A DNA stretch of 64,000 nucleotides from Spizellomyces punctatus DAOM BR117 (taxonomy: Eukaryota): assembly GCA_000182565.2 (NCBI GenBank), contig KQ257450.1; one strand, given 5' to 3'. The position numbers and the translations under genes are program-made. Shown piece by piece: positions 54,852 to 64,000 of this stretch; within the stretch, counting starts at the first letter, position 1, and each line of letters starts with the position of its first letter. The notes under the pieces are model-generated. The model worked only from the letters and a program-made list of their open reading frames with translations, was not told where the DNA came from and ran no database searches.

Positions 54852-57800
54852 ATGCCCCTGGACAGAACACCAGCGCAAAAGGGAAAGAGAAAGATGTCTC
54901 TTTCTGGTCAGTTTGAGGAGATTGAAGAGCACGCCAGAAGGGAAGCTCAGCAAGCTCAGGACGACGACATCAGTAGTTACCTGGAAGCTCAAGACGAGCC
55001 CCAGTACCTCACTCAGGAGTCCTTTTTGGAGTTCAAGGACGAGATGAGGATGTTCAGAAGAGAGCTTCTGAACAATATTCAGGAAGTTTTGGGACAGAGG
55101 ACCCAAACCCAGCCAGCTAGAGCCGCGGAAACACTTCCTACGATGGTGCAGGAGGTGCCATTCAAACCAGAGCAGAACTTGAGGCATAGGGATGCAGATA
55201 TCAAGTCAGAAGGCTCTCGGAGCACATTCTCTCATGAGGAAGAGAAGCAGGTGCTAAAGACTTTGAGGGAAGAAGTCCCTCGCTACCATGGTGGTAGCAA
55301 CACTAATAAGCTGCTAGAGTTTGTGCGCAAACTTGAAGAGTACTTCAGCATAGCAGAACTGCCCCCCAGACTGGAACTGAAGGTTGCCACGTCAAAGCTG
55401 AAGGATTCTGCAGAGGTTTTTTGGGGGAACCACCTCACAGAGGTTGAGGAGGATGATCCAAGGCGAATCAGGACTTGGAGTCAGCTGCGGAAGGCTCTGC
55501 TTGAGCGCTTCACACCCCCAGATTACCAGAGGAAAACTCTGGAGAGACTTTTCGACATCTCTCAGGACACAGAGAACCTCACCATTGTCGAGTTTATTGA
55601 CCAGTTCACCAATCTATCCATGCAAACAATGGTGCTGCATGACGAGGTGATGAAGGTATTATTCCTGCGAGGATTGCGCAAGGATTTGAGAGCCAGCATT
55701 GAGGCAAATCCATCGAACTTGGACAGCATGGAGACGCTCAAATTGGCTGTTTTGAGACTGGAATACATCAACAACCCACGGGTATTCAACCAGTCAAAGC
55801 AAGGGAAGAAAGCTCATGTCAATGCGGCTAAGACGAACCAATATGACGACCAGAAACAGTCCCACAACTCCCAGAGCTATGGAAAGGCGACCAACGGCAC
55901 CAATGGCAAGAAGCAGACGATGCAGAAGACCTGTTTTACCTGTGGGAACCCAGGCCATCTTGCATACCAATGCGCCATGAAGGAGAAGAGCGGGTCGCAA
56001 ACCACTGGAACAGCCAAGGGAGACAGTACAGCCAAGCTGGCTGTGGATAAACAAATGGATGGTCATCAGGACGATGCGAAAGCCATTGCTTTGATTAGCA
56101 GGAAGCTACCACAGCAATCTTACAGCAAGAAGGTCCAATTTATAGTTGATTCGGGCTGTAGCCAGCATATGAGTCCCCACAAAGAACTCTTTGTCAATCT
56201 GAGGCCCATTTCACGACAAATTGTGCTTGCAAATGACGAAGTTATCAATGCAGAAGGCATTGGTACTATCCCCCTGGAGTTGGAGACTCCAGGACAGCAA
56301 CATCAACGGCAGGTGGTGTTGCAGGACGTCCTGTATGCCCCAGAGTTGGGCTGCAATCTTCTGTCTATCAGAGCCATTATTGACAATGGCATGGACGTCA
56401 CCTTTTCGCAGTCTGGAGGAGTGGAATTCCATCTAGATAAGCGATTGTTTGCTGCAGGAAACAGGGAAGGGGAGCTTTACAAGCTTGCTGCTTACCCTGG
56501 CAGCGCGAGCTGTGACTCCCAAGTGATGGGAGCTGAAGTACAGCATGAAGACCAAGCTTTGGGTCGCCCTGAGAAGCAGGATGGCGGGAAACTGAAGCTG
56601 TGGCATCGGCGGTTAGGCCATTTAAGTTATGGCAATTTGAAGACGCTCACCAGTATGGTTGATGGTCTTAATTTTGATGGCAAAGCAGTGGTTGAAGACC
56701 AGCTTTGTGATGGATGTCAGAAGGGTAAACAAACACGATTGCCCTTTCCTGAATCACCCAAGAAGAGTTACCAGCTTTTGGAGGTCATATGTAGCGACAT
56801 ATGTGGACCAATACGCACCAAATCGCTTGGTGGAGCCAGATATGTGCTCACATTCTTGGATCTTGGAAGCAGATATAGCAAATGCTTCTATCTCGACTCG
56901 AAATCAGCGACGTTGTGCCTAGAAAAGTTCAAGGAATTTAAGGCCTGGATCGAGAATCTGACTGAAAGGACGATCAAGGCATTCAGAACTGATGGCGGCG
57001 GTGAGTTTGTGAACCACCAGTTTGATGCCTACCTCAAATCTGAGGGCATCACCCACCAAACTACGACGCGCTATACTCCCCAGCAGAATGGAGCTGCTGA
57101 GAGATTGAACAGGACTCTGGAGGATAAGGTTCGGTCTATTCTGCATGAGAATAACCTTCCCCAGAAGCTGTGGGCAGAAGTCTGGGAATCTGCCAATTAT
57201 TTGAGGAATTTGAGCCCGACCAAGGCGCTGCTGGAGAGGAAGATTACCCCCTCTGAGGCCTTGACAGGGGCGCGCCCTAATGTAGAGCATCTGAGAGCAA
57301 TTGGATGTGTCGCCTACATGCAAATACCGAAGCAACTACGAGGGAAACTGGATCCCACATCAGCAAAGTTGATTCTGGTTGGTTATGGGCAAAATTCACG
57401 ATGTTATCGACTGTGGAATCCCCAGAATGACACCATCTTGGAGTCTAGGGATGTGGCATTTGATGAGACGGTTAAAGGGCAATCTGACGCATGCTCTGAA
57501 CTGATGGGTTCACTTCTGGAAGAAGAAGAGCAGGAGTTCCCTGTGGAGGAGATCCTTGCTGAGGATAAACAAGGCGACGAGACATACTACCTTGTCAAAT
57601 GGAAGGGTTACCCCAGAACTGAGAGTACTTGGGAGCCATTGGAGCATGTCAAGGACACTGTCACACTTGACCTCTGGGAACAGCAGCATTTCCCCAGTGA
57701 TTTGGAAGGAGAAAACAACGATGTTGACGCCTTCCATGCACACCTAGGAACGCCTTCAGGACCCCCCACCACCACCACCACAGATCTGGAGATGCAGCAA

Positions 57801-59447
57801 GAAGGTTTCGGCCATGAAGACCCAAAAACACTTAATGGCGCGCTGCGATCACCCCAGAAAGAAGCCTGGATGCAAGCCATGGAGGCTGAATATGCATCAC
57901 TGGTCGAAAATGGGACGTGGGAAATCATCCCCAGACCCTCTGGAAGGCCTGTAATTGGCAGCAAATGGGTCTATAAAACAAAGCGGAAGACTGACGGCAC
58001 TGTAGAAAGGCACAAAGCGAGATTTGTAGCCAAAGGGTACAGTCAAATCCATGGATTGGACTATGATGAGACCTTTTCACCCGTCATCTCCTTCCCTGCT
58101 CTGTGACTGATCTTTGCCCTGGCAGCAAAGCATGGGCTTTTATTGGATCAAATGGATGTTGCAACAGCATTTCTGAATGGCGAGGTTGATTCAGAGCTGT
58201 ATGTGGAGCAACCCCTAGGAATTTCAACAGAGCACCCACCAGACAAGTTTGTTTGCTTGTTGAAGAAGGGTCTCTACGGTTTGAAGCAAGCTGGAAGGCT
58301 ATGGAACCATACCCTGCATGCGTACCTCCTCGAAAACAGCTTTAAACAGCTGGCGCACGAGCCTTGTGTTTACATTTGGCAAGGGGAAGAGGTTCAGGAA
58401 GCCAAACCACATGAGAAAGATGAGTGCGCAAACATAAACAAATGGCTCATCATACTGGCGGTTTATGTCGATGATCTGGTTATTGCAACCAAGTCAAAAG
58501 AAGACATGAATTGGGTCAAAACGACATTGTCAGCGCGATTTAAGATGCAGGATCTTGGCCCTATCCACCACATCTTGGGTTTAAGGGTAATCAGAGATGA
58601 ACCGCGCAGCATTCTTTCCCTGGATCAAGCACATTACATTGGTGAAGTGCTCAGAAGATTCAAGATGGAAAACTCGAACCCAGTGTCGACCCCACTGGAT
58701 ACCTCTGTTCGATTTGAGGCTCTTGGGTCAAGGCAACCCATGGTAGATAAATCGAAGTACCGCAGTGCAATAGGCAGCTTGATGTTTGCTGCGATTGCCT
58801 CTAGGCCTGACATCAGTACAGCAGTTGGGATACTTGCTAGGCACTGTGAGGCGCCTGGAAACATGCACTGGACGGGCATAAAGAGGATATTTCGGTACCT
58901 GCAAAAGACAGCAAGCTACGGGCTTGTTTATCAGCAAAACAGCGACGATCTGGAAGCCTATTCCGATGCAGATTGGGGTGGAGACCTCTCAGATAGGAAG
59001 TCAACCTCAGGATGGCTTCTCAAGCTATCAGGCGGCGCTATTGCTTGGAAATCTTCAAAGCAGAGATGCACAGCACTCTCCACAGTTGAGGCAGAGTATA
59101 TTGCGGCATCAGATTGTGCACGAGAGGTTATTTGGATGAGAAACCTCTTAGCAGAGCTCGGGTTTTTGGAAGTCAAACAAGGCCCTACTGTGCTCAAAAT
59201 GGATAACAACGGCGCGATGGAACTGGCAAAGAACACCCTGATTTCACAACGGACGAAGCATATTGATATACGCTATCATTTCCTCAGGGAACACATCCAG
59301 AGTGGCGAGATTTCAGTTAGAAGATGCCCCACTCAACAGATGACTGCAGATGTTCTTACCAAGGCAATTCCTGCACCGAGGTTTGCCCAGTGTTGTGTAG
59401 AACTTGGCGTTCAATCACTGGATGACGCAACAAACAAAAGAGCCTAA
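54852..59447 (+). pseudogene. Copia gag-pol with one in-frame TGA (58104)
   Basis: CFTCGNPGHLAYQC knuckle, FIVDSGCSQHM, LWHRRLGH, RTDGGGEF/PQQNGAAER, chromodomain 57534-57683, KARFVAKGYSQ, YVDD, YSDADWGG, KHIDIRYHF. Confidence 0.93.
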
Positions 59448-59477
59448 GAATAGAATGGAATTTTGGGCGAGGGGAAG

Positions 59478-59858
59478 TGTTGGAATTAATTGATTGATTT
59501 CATCGAAGTTGCCATGGGACGGTAACTTGAATAACTTAGCGAGTTATTAACTTATCGACAAGACCAAGACGGTTCTAGAAAGCCCTGAATCCGCGCTACA
59601 AGCTTGTCGAAACACTTCGTTAGTTAGTTGCTTTATGCGCCCAAAATTAGAGGTCGAAGTCAGGTTGTCATCATGTGATCTGTACTATATTTAGGACCCC
59701 GTTTTTCTTTCTGTAATACAACTCTTTCGCTGCTCTTTCGACACAAAGTCCCCAGAGACGTTCTCTAGCGACGGCATAGCTTCTAACATGGCTATCCACC
59801 TCTCAGGTGCACCCAGTCTAGTTGTAGGATAACACCTATTTCTCGACTTTCCCCAACA
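59478..59858 (+). repeat. Copia 3' LTR
   Basis: Preceded by polypurine tract 59465-59477; 381 bp. Confidence 0.95.
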
Positions 59859-62800
59859 GTACCATCATCGTGTACAGGCTATTAGTTGTAGCATTCATTG
59901 GCTGCTTCGTTGCCAGTGCTGTGTTAACAGCATTGTTGTTGTTAGTAACCGTTGTTGTCAATGAAGATAACGATTGACTAATTGGTGCAATATTGTCAAT
60001 TACAAATTTCTGAGTTGCGGCTTCAATGCCAGCAATATAGAGCATTCCGCCAATATAGGCATCGGTCGAAACTCCAAGGCCTCCACTCACAACTAAATTA
60101 CCTGAAGGGTCAAGTCTGAGAACATAACCTTTATCTTGGAATGAAGAGTACAGCCCAAACACTCCAGAAGGTAGGGTTCCATTCGATGAACCAGAAACAT
60201 GGATGCCCCATGTCTGTGCAGTGCTAGTATTGCCTAGAGTAATAGCGGTAGCACTGGGGTTTGAATTTTGTGCCATTAAACCACTTAGATTGAGAGAACT
60301 TGATGGTGAAATCAAGGGTTGATATGCGCTGAGAATTTCATCTTTAGGTACAATCCTGAAAAAACCGCCATTTCCACCCATCAAAAAAGTTCCATCGGCC
60401 GGAGTTAGACTACTTATATTGTCAAGCAAAGGGGATAGGTTTTGTTTACCAGACAAACCTGTTGTTACAAAGGATTCCGTGGCAACTTTGTTCGCATTGG
60501 TGTAAATACTTCCACCAACGTACAAATCCTTTGCTATACCGACACCACCAGGACAAACTAGGGCACCTGTTGTCGAAGAGGTTGATACGGTCGATGCATC
60601 CAGTGTAACGTTTCCAGTTGTTGCTGCAATATTGATTCCACGTGCGCCTTGTGATTGCAACCGAAGAAGACCATCGTCGTTCCTGAGTGTCATGCTTCGA
60701 GCCCCTCCATCCACGGTTCTCGAAGAGCCATTTAGAAAAAGAACACCTGAATTGGCTGAACCATTGTTTAGAAACAGAATTGGACATGCATTATTCCCGC
60801 CGCTGCTGTTCCTTATAACAAGGCTCCTCAGACCATTTACAGGTGAGTTCCCCACTGTCATATCCCCTTCAGTGGTTAGATTTTTCCCAAATGTAGCAGA
60901 CCCATCTGTGTCAATTCAAAGCCCTAATGAGGGCGCACTCGAAGTTCGAGAATATATGTACATAGGCAAATCCTGGGCACCGAGCCATGTTGCAGCACCG
61001 TTGTTGTATCCTAAGAATCCCGTTCCATCAAGACCAAGCCATGAACTCTTAGTTCCATCGAATGTAGAATATGTCATGACCGATGAAGTGCCTGTCGAAG
61101 CCGGAGCAATACTCAATCTGGTTCCGGTGATTACTTTACCACCGATATTGCCTCCAAATGTAACATTGTTTGACGTCAAATTCGTAATCTGTGTTCCTAC
61201 CCATGGTTTAATAACCTCGGTATCATAATCCCGTAGCATCGAGAGGTTAATCGCTTGTTGGGGGTGCTCATATTTGATGGTACGATAGCAACTTGGTACA
61301 TCAAATAGTAATCGAGTGCAGCCTCCAATCGGGTCCGAAGCAATTGCAACATTGCTTCCAGGCTCTAAAGGCGGCATGAAGGTAACAGGGTCGATTGGTT
61401 CGTATACAGGGTTACCTTCACTATCGAGCACAGGTTGCCCTTCTGAATCTCTTTGTACTTTTCGTTCTCTCTGACCACCGAAAATCATTCCCCAAGGAAA
61501 CGTTGAGACGATTGGGAGGATGGAGTTTACAGCCATGGGAACTGTTAACGGTGGCGATACCATTGCTGGAAAGGGTATTGTTGTCAGAGGGGTTGTGCCA
61601 GAGAGGATAACCACATTTCCACCAGGAACATCCATTTTTAACACTTCAGCTGTGTCAGTCTGTTCAGTATTATCGGTATCCCTTTGTTTGGACAATGGTG
61701 TAGGGTCGATGAGGGTAAAGTTATATAGCGGATAACTTCCTGTGATAATCAAGTTGGGTGAATTGGATACAAACTGCGGTGGTATTAAATTGTATGAAAT
61801 CTGGTTCCCAAGAATCAAGACACTTCCGTAAGAATTTGTCGAACCAATGTAATTTCCCTTCAAGGTATCACCCACATGAAGAACGGTATCGCTTCCGGAA
61901 AGGGAACATGAAATCAAGTCTCCGGAAACACTGACACCGTTTATTCCACGTAAGTTTGCAGATAAAACGGCACCATTTTTCTGAAGCCCAATCCCAGCGC
62001 TGATATTGGAACTTAAGACTCCATTGTTGAGAGTTAAATCAGGAGACTGTGCTGTTAAGGATAATCTGAAATCACTGCCAACCCGTGTTATTCCTTGGGA
62101 TGCTGTGAATATATCACGGATTGTATCACGACCTGACATTGCAAGCCCTGAATTCGCATCACATTTCAAACTCAATTGTATATCGTTCTGCAATCTCTCA
62201 ATTCCATTGCTACATGTCAGTACATCTTTTATCGTATCTGCTTTGACCATTTGGAGACAACTACCAGCCTCGGCTTTTAACGATAGTACCACATCGTTAG
62301 TTGTACCAGGTCTAATAGCAACTCCATTAAAATCCTGAAAAATCAGTCCTGAAACAAGTTGATTACCAATGATGCATATGGTCTGGTTATCAACCAAAAC
62401 CCCAATCTCGCGCCGTCCACTAAACTCGGGGCCGATAGCAATTGCACCTGTTTGACTGCCTTGATAATACTGACTCAAGTAGTCCTTGGACACAGCATAC
62501 GAGCCTCCACCGATTGCTGGTAATGTACCGCTCAATTTCACGTTAGGCACTCGTAACTCCTGTAGCGTTGTCGAATAGGTGAATGAAGGACTCCCACTGT
62601 ATCCATAAGTCATGTTACCATACAGTATCTGCTCGTATCCTGGACTCTTCAAAGACAACTTGGAACCGGCTTGACTGAATGTAGAAGTGTCGGTCATGAG
62701 TCGAATGGCAGTCGTATCTACCTCCCCTAAGACGTCTGTGAGTTCAGTCAGAGATGAGAAGCCGAAATCAAGCCAACTGCTTCCGATGTCAAGGATACTG

Positions 62801-63130
62801 TCTGCTCCAGACGATGTCTTTATTGCCCCAAAAGCCTTGAATAGTTGACTTGTATTTGTTTCGAGTTCATCTGAACTGTTCACCTTCAAACTCTTGTGAA
62901 GTTTGACACCGATTCCATTGTCACGATATAGTGGTTTCTTCAGCGTCTCTGGCGGTGGAGGGTCAGGAAAGTTGACAGAGAGTCCGTTTTCGTTTATGAT
63001 AAAACTATCATCTGCCAGTAAACCAATAGTCCTTGTATCTGCATCATGATATAATGGAAACTCGTAATTCAAAGGAACAACTGTCAATTTTCCATTATCC
63101 ACTTTCAATTCATCATCATCAATTTGTATA
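59859..63130 (-). pseudogene. Large intronless viral fibre/adhesin-like protein (>1000 aa), one in-frame TGA at 60916-60918, C-terminus cut by the Copia element
   Basis: ORFs 60916..63130 and 59836..60861 are in one frame (GL*IDTDG); Gly/Ser/Thr/Asn-rich, beta-spiral-like repeats, STSSTTGALVCPGGVGIAKDLYVGG motif. Confidence 0.65.
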
Positions 63131-63513
63131 NNNNNNNNNNNNNNNNNNNNNNNNNNNNNNNNNNNNNNNNNNNNNNNNNNNNNNNNNNNNNNNNNNNNNN
63201 NNNNNNNNNNNNNNNNNNNNNNNNNNNNNNNNNNNNNNNNNNNNNNNNNNNNNNNNNNNNNNNNNNNNNNNNNNNNNNNNNNNNNNNNNNNNNNNNNNNN
63301 NNNNNNNNNNNNNNNNNNNNNNNNNNNNNNNNNNNNNNNNNNNNNNNNNNNNNNNNNNNNNNNNNNNNNNNNNNNNNNNNNNNNNNNNNNNNNNNNNNNN
63401 NNNNNNNNNNNNNNNNNNNNNNNNNNNNNNNNNNNNNNNNNNNNNNNNNNNNNNNNNNNNNNNNNNNNNNNNNNNNNNNNNNNNNNNNNNNNNNNNNNNN
63501 NNNNNNNNNNNNN
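63131..63513. other. Assembly gap (383 N)
   Basis: Run of N. Confidence 1.
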
Positions 63514-64000
63514 ACCCGAGGCTCCCATTGGTAAGTATACCTGTTCCATTAGTTGCAGCGTGGTATGTACCCCAAGAATTACTCGAAGCAGCATTGTTAC
63601 TAATCAGAATGGCCGTAGATGCTGTGGCACTTGAAGGCGCATTGATGACTATGGCAGCCAGCTGCAATCCTCCTCCACCTGCTCCTAGGGTTAGAGTTTT
63701 TCCTATGCCGACTCCACCTGATACCTGGAAAGCACCTGTTGTCACACTAGTTGAATTGGTTGTGTTTGGTATCTGCGTTACGCCTGTATTGGAAACTCTC
63801 AGAACGAAGCCTGTATTGTTATAAGAACTATTTAGACCGAATCCGCCTGCTGATAATGTTCCGTCTCCTGTGCTTCCGGCAACTCTCATGCCCCATGTAA
63901 CATTACTCCCAGTATTTACTAAGGACAATGTTGTAGATGCTGCGCCATTTTGAATGGTTATACCCCTGCCAACAGTGGCACTGTTAAATGATAGCGCAGT
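63514..64000 (-). CDS. Upstream part (or paralog) of the fibre-like protein, open to the window edge
   Basis: TWGMRVAGSTGDGTLSAGGFGLNSSYNNTGFVLRV and TTNSTSVTTGAFQVSGGVGIGKTL repeat motifs found at ~60100-60600. Confidence 0.6.

Larger units (their letters stand above)
54385..59858 (+). mobile_element. Full-length Ty1/Copia LTR retrotransposon with chromodomain
   Basis: Two 381-bp LTRs TGTTGG...CCAACA, PBS GGTTATGAGCCC, PPT GGGCGAGGGGAAG, PR-IN-RT-RH order. Confidence 0.95.

Noticed and set aside
60916-63594. 892-aa ORF start spanning the N gap
   Set aside because: The frame across an estimated-length gap is unreliable; the true upstream part is probably the other-frame ORF at 63514-64000.

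Overview
Eukaryotic, intron-rich DNA from a flagellated fungus (chytrid). The near-identity of the 44.3 kb ORF to the SpuFz1 Fanzor as I recall it points to Spizellomyces punctatus or a very close relative. Positions 1 to ~43.4 kb are a compact block of spliced host genes: CFAP57, a USP16/45-like deubiquitinase, an ALMT/FUSC-like membrane protein, an alpha/beta hydrolase, a MAP4K-CNH kinase, PC4/SUB1, ferritin, DPP3, MRE11, COA1, NDUFB4-like, PRP16, CHORD-CS, tRNA-Leu(UAA), NAA30, PTM1/TMEM87, BUD20 and a J-protein. From 44,004 to the end is a nested mobile-element stack. (1) A Fanzor1 element (eukaryotic TnpB-like RNA-guided nuclease) whose left end directly follows a CATA motif; it is pseudogenised and broken just before RuvC. 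(2) An unidentified AT-rich element terminus with a small Cys-rich ORF. (3) A chromodomain Ty3/Gypsy element with extra domains and no 3' LTR. (4) A young Ty1/Copia element (381-bp LTRs, 1 mismatch) that unusually has a Gypsy-type capsid and a chromodomain and lacks a matching TSD. (5) A long intronless viral fibre-like gene running off the window, suggesting an endogenous DNA virus or Polinton-like element. All six premature stops in the mobile ORFs are TGA, consistent with methyl-CpG decay. Exon boundaries were read by eye, and family calls come from motif recognition, not database searches.
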